This document shows positions 30,924-40,647 of a stretch of 41,332 bases of DNA, one piece after another. The stretch is taken from positions 1-41,332 of the forward strand of contig JAWDNK010000001.1 in NCBI GenBank assembly GCA_046534355.1. Reading direction: 5' to 3'. A program made the position numbers and the translations under genes. The DNA is from Candidatus Marsarchaeota archaeon (GTDB lineage: Archaea; Thermoproteota; Thermoprotei_A; Marsarchaeales; UBA168). The notes under the pieces are model-generated. The model saw only the letters and a program-made list of their open reading frames with translations, did no database searches and was not told the origin of the DNA. Position 1 is the first letter of the stretch. Every line of letters begins with the position of its first letter.

Positions 30924-31892
30924 CTAGGCGTGCTGCAAATACGAATCAATCGACCTAGCGGCCTTCAGCCCGCTGGAAAGGGCATTACCTATGGACGATG
31001 GACCGTCCACAAGATCTCCAGCGGCAAATACCGAAGGCCTCGTGGTCATGAAAGCGGCGTCCACGATCGGTTTTCCCGAAACGGCCTTTATACCAAGCCC
31101 CGAATCGGAAAAAGGTGGAGTCCTCTCTTCCCCTATCGCGAGGAGCACGAAATCCACGGGCATCTCACGAGCAGATCCCTGGATAAAACTGAGCGAATTT
31201 CCCTTCATATCTACGTCCCACAGCTCCATTCTCTCCACGCGTTTCGTCCCCAGAAAAGAACGCGGTAGCACGCGCTCGGTAACTTTAACACCTCTATCCC
31301 TTATCCTCTGTAATTCGACGTGCGCTTCCGACTCCGGCACAGTCCTCCTATAGAAAATTGAAACGTCTTCGCTCCACTTCAGCGATTCCACGGCCGCGTC
31401 CACGGCCGTGAAGCCGCCCCCTATTATCGCGATCTTACCTCCCAGTACCACCCGCTCCGCCGAGAACCCCAACCTATAAAGCGAATTGGTCACGAGCACA
31501 TCTAAAGCGCTCATAACCCCTTCGAGGTCTGAGCCCGGCACCTCCATGCGCCTCGCTTTCCAGGTGCCTGTAGCCAGCAGCGTGGCGTCGTGCGACTCTA
31601 TTATTTTTTCCAATAGCTCGTCACCCACCTTCGTATTAAGCGTAAAACGCACGCCGGCTGCCCTTAGCTCGTTTATCCCCTCCAATACCCCCTTCTTTGG
31701 TATGCGCTCCTCAGGGATGCCGAACATCAGCAACCCGCCCGCTTCGGGCATGGCATCGTACACGTCAACGTCGTAGCCCCTGCAGTAAAGGTACCCCGCC
31801 GCTCCCAGGCCAGCGACCCCCGCTCCAACTATGGCCACGCGCTTGCCATTGGACCTAGCGGTGCCTGGTTTGCAACCCAGAATAAACTTCAA
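30924..31892 (-). CDS. GltD-like FAD/NAD(P)H oxidoreductase lacking the N-terminal Fe-S domain
   Basis: VAIVGAGVAG; GGLLMFGIP; LATGTW; IIGGGFTAVD; YRR; VFAAGD. Confidence 0.85.
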   Translation of the reverse strand: MKFILGCKPGTARSNGKRVAIVGAGVAGLGAAGYLYCRGYDVDVYDAMPEAGGLLMFGIPEERIPKKGVLEGINELRAAGVRFTLNTKVGDELLEKIIESHDATLLATGTWKARRMEVPGSDLEGVMSALDVLVTNSLYRLGFSAERVVLGGKIAIIGGGFTAVDAAVESLKWSEDVSIFYRRTVPESEAHVELQRIRDRGVKVTERVLPRSFLGTKRVERMELWDVDMKGNSLSFIQGSAREMPVDFVLLAIGEERTPPFSDSGLGIKAVSGKPIVDAAFMTTRPSVFAAGDLVDGPSSIGNALSSGLKAARSIDSYLQHA

Positions 31893-31932
31893 TTACAAAA
31901 TCATCCTCCGCGCTTATTTAAAAATATCGTCC

Positions 31933-31976
31933 GAAATCTGATTTCTTGCCGATTATATTCAAAATCATGATTATGA
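31933..31976. promoter_or_regulatory. Two AATC..GATT palindromes upstream of the GltD-like gene TATA box
   Basis: GAAATCTGATTTC (31933-31945) and TCAAAATCATGATTATGA (31959-31976) in an AT-rich region. Confidence 0.4.
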
Positions 31977-32290
31977 GATATAAAAAGAGAAAACCAAGGC
32001 AACCTGCACGCACGCAACCGAAGACAAAGGAGACGGTCGATTTAACCTCGGTTGGGGTTAAGGGAGAGAGATGTCGCTTCCGCAGAGGATGGATGGCCCA
32101 TTACGACGGAGTTCCCTAGACGAAACGATCTGAACAGCATTCATCACGCTGACCACGATGGAGACGGCTAGTATTCCCCACCTGAGGGCAAGCGCACCGG
32201 TAAACCGAGAAGCCCAAACCGCGAGGCTGAGGGATTCGCTGATGGGTGGCATTGGCCGCGGACGCCAGCCTTAAACCACAAGTCAATAGG

Positions 32291-32366
32291 CGGGCCCACA
32301 GGGATTTGAACCCTGGACCAACGGCTCCGGAGGCCGTTGCTCTTATCCATGCTGAGCTATGGGCCC
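32291..32366 (-). tRNA. tRNA-Arg(CCG)
   Basis: GGGCCCA acceptor stem, anticodon arm ACGGC-CTCCGGA-GCCGT, T-loop GGTTCAAATCC. Confidence 0.95.
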
Positions 32367-32544
32367 GCTTCTATACGTCGAACGTAGAAAAGGATTTCCC
32401 ATAGCGATCCATATCTCTTCACCGGAGACCCGTCCATAAAGGTGGGGTTTCGCGTATGAATGCTTCTCGGTAGCTAAAAGTGGGGGATGCTACCTTTCCA
32501 TGAAAGCCGGGGCCGAGCTGGCGGTTCGACGCATCACGAAGGCG

Positions 32545-32686
32545 GATAGATAGATAGATAGGTAGATGGCCCGTGCCTTAGCGAGAGGTACGGGTCGGGA
32601 CTACGCGAACGCCCTGCGGGGGTGAAGCCCTCCCGCGAAGGGGCTGTAAACCCCAAAGCCCCGCCCGTGAGGGCGGGCTAATCTAC
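32545..32686 (+). mobile_element. About 140-bp non-autonomous IS200/IS605-derived (omega-RNA-like) repeat, copy 1
   Basis: (GATA)n leader, hairpin GGCCCGTGCCT/AGGTACGGGTC, TGAAGCCCTCCCGCGAAGGGGCTG, terminal hairpin CCGCCC-GTGA-GGGCGG; inverted copy at 38820-38972. Confidence 0.7.
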
Positions 32687-32766
32687 GAATACCGTATCGT
32701 AAAACGCTGCTATGCCCTTGGGCAACTATCGGTTGCCCCTCGCGCCCTTGACCACTGGTATCAACG

Positions 32767-32815
32767 CTGACATCGTCCCCGCCCATGAAAGGTGAGGTTT
32801 CCCCTTTGAATCCCC
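32767..32815 (-). mobile_element. Degenerate IS200/IS605 right-end scar directly after hisS
   Basis: AAACCTCACCTTTCATGGGCGGGGACGATGTCAG, similar to the 18859-18890 scar. Confidence 0.55.
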
Positions 32816-34048
32816 TCATAAAGCCTGCGCTAGCTCTTTTAGCTTGACGGTTTTTTGGGTTCTACTAGATAGGTCCCTCAGAACTACCTCCTCAGGCCCT
32901 TCCCTGTTCCCAGCCAAGACCACGTAATGGAAAGAGCCCTTGAGCGCCCTCTCTATTGCGTCCCTTGCGGACATGGGCCCCGGCACCATTTCATGCCTTC
33001 CCGGGCGTCCGCTCACCGCGGAGAAAGCCTTACCCGCCTTGCCCAGGGAGTCCTCATCAAGAGGGACGACTAGCGCTACCTTCTCCACTTCAGGCGCCTT
33101 AACTAGCAAAGCAACCCTATCAACACCCGTTGCAAAACCTACGGCAGGCGTCGGAGGACCCCCCAATTCCTCCACTAGGTTGTCGTACCTCCCGCCCCCT
33201 AGCAGCGCCTCCCCCATGGAATGCGAGTAAGCTTCGAATATGAAGTCGGTGTAGTACGCCAGCCCCCTTGCAAATGAAACGTCAACATTGATCTCCACAG
33301 CAGGAAGCATCGCCCTGATCAGCTCCACTACTTTTTTTAGGCGCCGCAACCCGTGAACGGCAGAGGGTAGCTCGCTCTCAGCTATCCCCTCCCAATAATC
33401 GAGGTCCCCCTTCCTGGATCCCATCAACTCTTCCATTATTTTTTTCCCGCGGGCGTTCAAAGAACCCTCTACTTCCTCGTAGCGACCGTGGTCAAGAGAC
33501 CTAATGGCTGATAGCATCCCGCTCCCCTCGAGACCTGAGTCTTGCAAAAGAGCCCGGAGGAAAGATATGTTGCCAACCTTAAGCCACGTATCGATCCCTA
33601 TAGATTTCAGCAAGCTAGTTGCGATGAAGACCACCTCGGCGTCGGCCAACGGAGATGAGGAACCGAAAACCTCGACGCCCAGTTGAGTGAACTGCCGATA
33701 CCTCCCCCTTTGCGGCTCATCGTACCTGAAACACGGACCCACGTACCACAGCTTGACCGGTTTTGGCGCGTCGCGAAACCTAGTGACGTAAAGCCTGGTC
33801 GCGCTGGCCGTCAACTCAGGTGTTAGCGCGACCTTCCTCCCACCCCTATCCATGAACTCGTAGAGACTGTCCAACAATTCCTGGCCCGCCTTGGCAGCTA
33901 TGAGGTCATAATACTCAATGGACGGAAGTATCACCTCCTGATAACCCGCCGAATCTAGAAGAGAAGCCGCTCTCTCCTTGAAAACCCTCTGGGCGACCGC
34001 TTCATCGCCGACTATGTCACGCATGCCCCTAACCAGTTCCAGCTTCAT
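32816..34048 (-). CDS. hisS: Histidine--tRNA ligase
   Basis: VRGMRD; LTPELTAS; FRYDEPQRGRYRQFTQLGVE; RGLAYYT; GGGRYDNL; GFATGVDR. Confidence 0.97.
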   Translation of the reverse strand: MKLELVRGMRDIVGDEAVAQRVFKERAASLLDSAGYQEVILPSIEYYDLIAAKAGQELLDSLYEFMDRGGRKVALTPELTASATRLYVTRFRDAPKPVKLWYVGPCFRYDEPQRGRYRQFTQLGVEVFGSSSPLADAEVVFIATSLLKSIGIDTWLKVGNISFLRALLQDSGLEGSGMLSAIRSLDHGRYEEVEGSLNARGKKIMEELMGSRKGDLDYWEGIAESELPSAVHGLRRLKKVVELIRAMLPAVEINVDVSFARGLAYYTDFIFEAYSHSMGEALLGGGRYDNLVEELGGPPTPAVGFATGVDRVALLVKAPEVEKVALVVPLDEDSLGKAGKAFSAVSGRPGRHEMVPGPMSARDAIERALKGSFHYVVLAGNREGPEEVVLRDLSSRTQKTVKLKELAQAL

Positions 34049-34144
34049 GCGTTACTGCGATCTTTACTTAAAAGCGCGACTACAAGCCTCGGCAAGGGGT
34101 ATCCCTTCGTTCCTTCACCCCTTCCTTCGTCCCGCTGGCGACCC

Positions 34145-35020
34145 TCGAAGCGGAGAAACGAAAAACGCCAGAACCACTACAGCCATTCCCAAGAGCATTT
34201 CGTTCTTCCCCCTCCACGCTGAACGTGCTCCCCTGCCGAAAAGGGCGTAGAAAGTGGAATGCAATAGAAGGACATCGCCAACCGCCAGGACCACTAAATA
34301 GGGTAGACCGGCATACCCCATGAAGAAGGGGAGCGGGCTCGCCGCCACGTCAGCCACCATGAGTAAGGCCCCTAGTTTTGCGGCAGCCCTCTCCCCCCAC
34401 GTCACAGCTACGGTCTTGATACCTCTCGCCCTGTCTCCCTCTAGGTCCGGCACCCCCTTGATCACCTCCCTGGCCATGTTGGCGGCAAAAGCGTAACCGA
34501 AGAAAAGGATGTTGATGGGCATCAGCTTCCCGATCATGACCGAACCATAAAGAAAAGGTAAGGCGACGTTATACGAGACTATCGCGTTACCCAACAGGCC
34601 GCTGGCCTTCAGCTTAGCATCATAAGCCATCGACACTACGAAAGAGAGCGCCGCCAACGAAAAGGCCAAAACCGACCAAGGGCCGATGGCGGAAACCAGT
34701 AAGCCAGTGATGAATAAGCCGGCCGCCGCCGACAAAGCCAGCCGAGAGCTCACCAGACCTGAGGGTAAAGGCCTATCCGGCCTGTTAATCCTATCAACTT
34801 CCCGATCAAAGTAATCGTTAACGATCATGACCCCTGCCGTAAGAGAAAAGGCCACGTAAAAGCCGGCGAGGGCCCGCGCAACGGGGGGAAGACCTCTCTC
34901 CGCCACCCATTCGCTGGCTACCACGGCGAGGCCCATCAGCACCGAGTTGGCGGGCCTAAACATGCGCAGCAGGCCCAGTAACTCGCGCTTTCTTGTCGAG
35001 CCTTGAGAGAGCCGCACCAT
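34145..35020 (-). CDS. Digeranylgeranylglyceryl phosphate synthase (UbiA family), ending at CGA
   Basis: FRPANS; NDYFDREVDRINRPDRPLPSG; REVIKGVPDLEGD; ends AFFVSPL-CGA; ATG 35020 after GGAGGT. Confidence 0.9.
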
Positions 35021-35471
35021 AGTAGGATATACCTCCCGTGGCGTCAACGATCGCCAATATGGCATCCTTTTTTGTGCTGCGAGCGGCCTGAAGCACGGAA
35101 AGTAGGGAACCGAACGCCTCCTTATTTCCTTCCACCATTACGTAAAGCAACGTCGGAGAGACTTCCTCGCCCTTCCTCCTGACGTAAAAGGCCAACGGGA
35201 AAGGCGACGGCCCAACCTCGTACCCTTTTCTCCTCAGGTCCTCGTATACCACGTACTTCTGCCAGAAGAACTTCTCAGGCGAAGAAGATATGAGCTCCTC
35301 TTGGGTCACCTCAGTTCCGTCCTCCTTGAATAAGGATAGCAGGTCGCGCCTCATGAGGTATAAGGCTTCGTAGGGCAGCAACTCTCTTTTGCCTTCTAAC
35401 GCCGGGTGACCCTCTTCCACGGTTATCTTACCGTCTAGCAGGAGCCTGGCAATTGCTTTTCTTTCCGCCAC
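34983..35471 (-). CDS. tRNA-splicing endonuclease structural (beta) subunit, ending at CGA
   Basis: LLPYEALYL; YVVYEDLRRKGY; LAIVDATGGISYY; lacks the catalytic Tyr/His motif. Confidence 0.85.
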
Positions 35472-35674
35472 GCGCCATACATGACCGCCGCTTATAGGTT
35501 TTGTTCGACCCCAGGTCTCCAAGCCGAATGAGTTAACCCACCGAAAAGCGGCCGGCCGATTAACTCGCCAGCTCCCGTGTCAGAAGAAGAGAGGAAAAAA
35601 GAAGAGAGCGGCAAATAACACTTAAACGCGCGAGAGAAAAAGATAAATTTAAAGCCGCCTATTCTCTAAGAGCG

Positions 35675-36601
35675 ATGTACTGGCCAGACGACCCCTATTT
35701 CGGACTGAGCATCGTAAAGGAGGGAAGATTAAGGGTCGTCTTCGACCAAGAAAGGGGATATCTCTATTTCGTCGATAACTCCGAACTGAAGGGGATAGAC
35801 GAATTCCTGGACGAATTGGCCTCGATAGGCCTTCTCCAAATGGCAGTCGAAGACAATAACGTACTCGTGAACGAGAAGCTGCCGATTTACGAGACGCTGA
35901 CCTGCCCCGAGTGCGGCTCCCCCTTTGTGTCCCACGAGACGCTGGCCCAGCATGATCGCTGCGGCACGGTCCTCCCGGTTGCCCTTTTTGAAAGGGAAGG
36001 CCATCTATTCTGCCCCGCCTGCAACGCCGAGATAAAGCAGGAAGAACTCATCGACCTCGGGACTTGGTACATTTGTCACTCCTGTGGGTCAAGGTTTCAA
36101 TTTCCCACGGTCAGGTTCAACCGGGGTGAAGACAAAGCCGAGCTGGGGACGGAGAAAGTCGTTTATAAGAAAAGCTACGCGCTGACTCCCAGAGGGATAA
36201 GCGCCCTTGCCGCGCCGCCTTCCCAGTTAAGGGAAGCGCTCAAGAAGGGCCTTTACCAAAGGGAAAGCATCTTTTTCGTCGGAAGTTTTTACGGCTCAAT
36301 CAGCCACGCGGAAGAGGTCGAGGTGTTCTTCGAATACGCCCACAAGCCCCACCAGGTGCTGGTGCTGAAGGCCAACTCCAAGATCACCGAACTGGACCTC
36401 AAAAGCGCCATCGACACGACGAAAAGCAACTTATACGATACAGAAGCCATCGTAATAACGCCTACTGCCGATAAAAACGCATTACAATTTTTAAAAAACA
36501 GCAAGCTCAGCTATGAGGTCTGCGATAAAGAAGAAAAGTTAACTGACGTAATACTCGGCATCGTGAAGGCGAGGCGCACGACCGTTCCGCTTCGGGCGCG
36601 A
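35675..36601 (+). CDS. TackOD1-like multi-zinc-finger protein with C-terminal alpha/beta domain, ending at CGA
   Basis: CPECGS, HDRCG, CPACN, CHSCG knuckles. Confidence 0.7.
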
Positions 36602-37503
36602 GCGCTCTCGCTCTGACCTTCTTTGTTCGGCTGCTTAGCCTGCTGATCCAGGCTTAGCGGCTCTGCGCCGCTCACGTAAGCCTGGAACTCCTGGAAGGAT
36701 AACCTCTTGCCCTTCGACACTTTCTCCTTGGCCTTCTCGTTGAGCTCCTCCATTTTCTCTTTTGCCTTCTGGTAAAATTGGAGCTGAGCCCTGATGTTCC
36801 TATCGGCATTTACCTCATTCAACCTCTTCAAAATAGCTATTTTCTGAGCCCTCATGAAAGTCAACTGGGTATTCGACGCTAGATACCTCATGTGAGCCTC
36901 GTCAGCTTGAGCCCTCAGCGCCTTTATCTGCTCTACCGCCTCAAGCATTTTCTTGTGATGCGAGTGAGCTTCGTTCGCCAACTCTTCCAGCTTATCCCTG
37001 AAGGCCTTGAACTCCGCTTCCGTTTCGCGGAGCTCGGCGCGCATTTTTTCGAGCTTTTCCCTGTTTTCGTTATACTGCTTGACGCTCTTGAGTTGCGCCT
37101 CCAGCTGCAATATCCTCTCCTCCATCTCCTTGGCCTTCGATGGGGGTATGGCGCTAGTTTGATATTCCCACTCCAGCCTTTTGAGCTCCTTTTCCAGCCT
37201 CTCCTCCCTCTTGCTGGGTGGGGTTACCTGCGCTTGTAGCTTCTCGAACTCCTCTTTCTTCTTATTGTAATCCTTGATCAACGCATCCTTCATTCCCTTT
37301 ATCTTTTTGACCTCCTCGTTAACCTTGTCCCTGCTTTCTCTCTCAGCCTTGGCGACCTCCGCCAACTCCTTTATCTTTGCGTGAAGGTCATCTCTGGTTT
37401 TCTTGGCCTCCCTGGCCACTTTGCTGGCCTCGTTTATCTTCTCCTCGAGAACCTCTAAGTTCTGCCTTAGTTCAAAAGTCTCGTCAGCTACGTCCACTTG
37501 CAA
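36592..37503 (-). CDS. Archaeal coiled-coil protein (COG1340-like), ending at CGA
   Basis: Long K/E heptads; LEWEYQT; ADEAH; GKRLSFQEF. Confidence 0.85.
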
Positions 37504-38208
37504 TCACCCCAATATGATCCTCGAGTCTACGGCCACGGCTTTTTCCGGCAAAGCCATGACTGGATTCAAATCAAGAGAGGATATCTCCTGATTTTCGATG
37601 AGGAGTTCTCCCACGGCGACCAAAACCGCCGCCAGCGACTTTTTATCGACCGGCTTCATACCCCTTACGCCGTTGAGTATCGGCGCCGCCCTTATCTCAT
37701 CGATCATATCCAAACCTTCTTCCAAACCAATCGGCGCCACCCTAAAACTCACGTCCTTAAGGACTTCAACAAAAATACCACCGAGACCAAAAACGACAAC
37801 GGGGCCAAACTGCGGGTCTCTGGTGGCACCTACGATCGTCTCTACTCCCCCGCTAAGCATCTTTTGAATGTAGACGCCGTAAAAACGGGCGCCGGGCATT
37901 TTTTCCTTCAACGAATCCCTTATCTGGGCAAAGGCATCAGCTGCCTCTTTCTCCCCGTTTACGTTCACCTTGACTCCGCCCACATCTGACTTATGAACAA
38001 CATCTGGAGAAACCACCTTTTCCACAAGCGGAGAACCAAGCTTCCGAGCTACCTCAGCGGCTTCCTCTTGAGTTTTAACAAAAAAAGAATCTATTACGGG
38101 TATGCCATAAGCGCGTAATATTTCATCGCACTCTGGCTCTAACAGGAAATTCCTTCCTTCCTTTTTAGCCAAGTTTAAGACCGTTATAAACTGTTCGCGA
38201 CCGGACAA
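37504..38208 (-). CDS. ADP-forming acyl-CoA synthetase beta subunit (ATP-grasp)
   Basis: YGIP; KVVSPDVVHKSDVGGV; RDPQFGPVVVFGLGGIFVEVLKD; LDLNP. Confidence 0.93.
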   Translation of the reverse strand: MSGREQFITVLNLAKKEGRNFLLEPECDEILRAYGIPVIDSFFVKTQEEAAEVARKLGSPLVEKVVSPDVVHKSDVGGVKVNVNGEKEAADAFAQIRDSLKEKMPGARFYGVYIQKMLSGGVETIVGATRDPQFGPVVVFGLGGIFVEVLKDVSFRVAPIGLEEGLDMIDEIRAAPILNGVRGMKPVDKKSLAAVLVAVGELLIENQEISSLDLNPVMALPEKAVAVDSRIILG

Positions 38209-38331
38209 CTACCCGTCGCCAATGGTATATGGGGTCCCCTTATAGGATTTTCCATTACCGAAGAGCCGATAATGGAAACCACTGGAAAAGGCAAAAGATG
38301 CACATCACATCACATCAGCCCGTCGCCGCGA

Positions 38332-38754
38332 TCAAACGTCCAAAACATCAATTCCAGCTGCATCATCCCTCGCCCTGGAGATCTCGACGCCCGCTACCTC
38401 CAACGCGAAAACCTCGAGGTTGGCCCCAATCGTACCCGACAGGAGGTGCCCTGATTTGCAAGCCGAGGAGGTACCCAAAACCGCGTGAAGGTGCAAGAAC
38501 TCCTTTCCCTCTTTGTCCCTCACGTAATTGCCGCTTAACGAGGCGACCTCGACTGGCCCTTCTACGTCTTCGAACGCGTAAGCCCTCGTACCGGGGTCGA
38601 ACCAGCCGATCCTAGCGCGCGAAAAAGCCCCGATGCCGGAGATCAACGCCGAGCTGAAAGACGCCGCCCTGAGGGCCTCCTTTATGGAGACCTCGACGTC
38701 CTCTCCCTGCCCTAGCCTCAATACCAACACTCTGCCGGCACCGCCTATGACCAA
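38332..38754 (-). CDS. PPC/DUF296 domain protein
   Basis: LRLGQGED; SGIGA; EVASLSGN; HLHAVLG; SGHL; start TTG 38754 (the ORF-track N-extension lies in the repeat). Confidence 0.88.
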   Translation of the reverse strand: MVIGGAGRVLVLRLGQGEDVEVSIKEALRAASFSSALISGIGAFSRARIGWFDPGTRAYAFEDVEGPVEVASLSGNYVRDKEGKEFLHLHAVLGTSSACKSGHLLSGTIGANLEVFALEVAGVEISRARDDAAGIDVLDV

Positions 38755-38819
38755 CGTGACAACCGTCGTGATCCTCGGGAACGCCCTTAAACTTAATGGA
38801 AAAGGTGGTTTGGAGAAAA

Positions 38820-38972
38820 GTAAATTACCCCGATCTCGCGGGCGGGACTTTTTGGATTTCCAGCCCCTTCGCGGGAGGGCTTCATCCCCGCAGCGCGCGG
38901 ATAACCCCCTACCCGTACCTACCGCTAAGGCACGGGCCATCTATCTACCCATCTACCTACCTAATCTATCTA
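38820..38972 (-). mobile_element. About 150-bp non-autonomous IS200/IS605-derived (omega-RNA-like) repeat, copy 2
   Basis: Inverted copy of 32545-32686 with shared blocks TAGATGGCCCGTGCCTTAGCG, AGGTACGGGT, TGAAGCCCTCCCGCGAAGGGGCTG. Confidence 0.7.
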
Positions 38973-39206
38973 TACGCGTTCGTGGACGCGTTGAGCAGCA
39001 GACTCGACCTCGGCCTCCAGGAAAAGGGAACGCACCAAGATTTCAATAGGAGTTTTTGTACCTGACTCACGCCATCCCAAACGGGGTCCCCGTTGCAGAA
39101 AAACGAAAACTGCCGAGAGAAGGCCTAGAAATCCTCATCGACAGACGCTACCACTGGCGCCCGTCAAAGACCGCAAAACCTTTATCGCGAACCGGAGAAA
39201 TGGCAT

Positions 39207-39302
39207 GCCGAGGTAGCTCAGTCTGGGAGAGCACCCGACCCGCGAGTAGCGGGGGTGAGGCTGAAGACCGGGTTGTCGCCGGTTCGAGCCCGGCCCTCGG
39301 CA
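39207..39302 (+). tRNA. tRNA-Phe(GAA) with 22-nt non-canonical intron at 30/31 (39238-39259)
   Basis: GCCGAGG/CCTCGGC acceptor; removing the intron restores CCCGG-CTGAAGA-CCGGG; bulge-helix-bulge with CACC/GGTG helix. Confidence 0.92.
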
Positions 39303-39424
39303 TCAGCTGATTCGCTTTCTGCTTTCGGGGAGTCGTTGGCAAAGGCTTGAGACTTCTGCATACCGGGCGTTACGGGCCTGCCCACGGCCCCAATGAATTC
39401 TCAAAGGCCCAACCGCAAACAACC

Positions 39425-39495
39425 GCTCTCCCTCCCGCCGCGAGGGGCGAGGTTCACCGAGGCCTAGGTTCTACGCCCCTTTGCGGGCGCTACTG
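39425..39495 (-). mobile_element. Degenerate copy of the right-end/omega-RNA-like repeat
   Basis: GCGCCCGCAAAGGGGCGTAGAACC resembles CTCCCGCGAAGGGGCTGTAAACC, followed by AACCTCGCCCCTCGCGGCGGGAGG. Confidence 0.45.
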
Positions 39496-39717
39496 GGTTG
39501 CGGTTTGCGGTAAAGCGCAAATGTGAGCGCCCTAGCCATCCCATGGAACAGCCTTTCGCAAGCTACCACACCCTTGCGGATGGGGACTTCCGACGCCTTG
39601 AGGCCCGACGATGATGAGCGAGAAACCGAAGTAGCCGTTGCAGCTAACCGATCGGATAAGCGTCCTCCTGCTCCCCCCGCCATCGCAAGAATGCTATCGC
39701 CAAGCGGTCAACCCAGG

Positions 39718-39817
39718 TGCGGGAGGTGGGGTTTGAACCCACGCAGCCAACGGCACTGGAGCTCCCATCTCTCGGATCCTGAGTCCAGCCCCTTTGACCA
39801 AGCTCGGGCACTCCCGC
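39718..39817 (-). tRNA. tRNA-Leu(CAG) with 16-nt canonical 37/38 intron (39762-39777)
   Basis: GCGGGAG/CTCCCGC acceptor, CTGGA-CTCAGG[intron]C-TCCAG, long variable arm, GGTTCAAACCC. Confidence 0.92.
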
Positions 39818-39948
39818 ACGCTGATTAACTGATGGGCTATTAAAGTCTGTTGCGCCGTTTCAACTCGAAGGCGCTGTAGCTCCACGTCCATTTAAGGCAA
39901 GCCACCAGTTCGCGGTGGAAAGCTTTTACAGTAACGGCCCAAGCCCTT

Positions 39949-40647
39949 ATGCAGTTACCCAAAACAAAGGCCGAACTGGCCAGCTTCATCGACCACACGC
40001 TGCTCTCGCCGTCGGCCACGTACGCCGACGTGGACAAGCTCTGCCATGAAGCCAAGAGTTACGGCTTCCACGCCGTGTGCGTCAACCCAGTCAACGTAAA
40101 GCGGTGTAAGGATCAATTGAAGGGCTCAGAGGTAAAAGTCGTCTCGGTCATAGGTTTTCCCTTCGGGGCCAACAAAACGGAAATAAAGGCGGCTGAGGCC
40201 AAGGCGGCCATCGAAGACGGCGCCGATGAATTAGACATGGTAATGAACGTCGGAGCCTTTAAATCTGGAGACCTCGAAACCGTACGCTCCGATATCTCCG
40301 CGGTGGCATCCGTGGCCAAGGCGAGCCACGCGCTCCTAAAAGTCATTTTGGAGACGGGCTACCTCAGCGACGACGAAAAGGTGATCGCTTGCGAACTGGC
40401 CGTGGGCGCCGGCGCCGACTTCGTCAAGACGAGCACTGGGTACGGGCCAGGCGGGGCTAACGCCCACGACGTCAAGCTGATGAAGGAGGCCGTCGGAGAT
40501 AGGGCGCAGGTGAAGGCCGCCGGCGGCATCCACACGGCGGCTCAGGCGCTGGAGCTCATAGCCGCGGGGGCTTCGCGCATAGGGGCCAGTCACAGCGTAG
40601 AGATATTGGAGACGTTTTCAGCGATCAGCGGCTCGGGCCCGGCGTAA
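39949..40647 (+). CDS. deoC: Deoxyribose-phosphate aldolase
   Basis: IDHTLL; VIGFPFG; GADELDMV; LKVILETG; DFVKTSTG; VKAAGGI; GASRIGAS. Confidence 0.97.
   Translation: MQLPKTKAELASFIDHTLLSPSATYADVDKLCHEAKSYGFHAVCVNPVNVKRCKDQLKGSEVKVVSVIGFPFGANKTEIKAAEAKAAIEDGADELDMVMNVGAFKSGDLETVRSDISAVASVAKASHALLKVILETGYLSDDEKVIACELAVGAGADFVKTSTGYGPGGANAHDVKLMKEAVGDRAQVKAAGGIHTAAQALELIAAGASRIGASHSVEILETFSAISGSGPA

Noticed and set aside
38755-38940. N-terminal 62 aa of the 202-aa ORF, and ORFs 32601-32819 and 38633-39049
   Set aside because: They translate the non-coding repeat and promoter; the PPC domain starts near 38754
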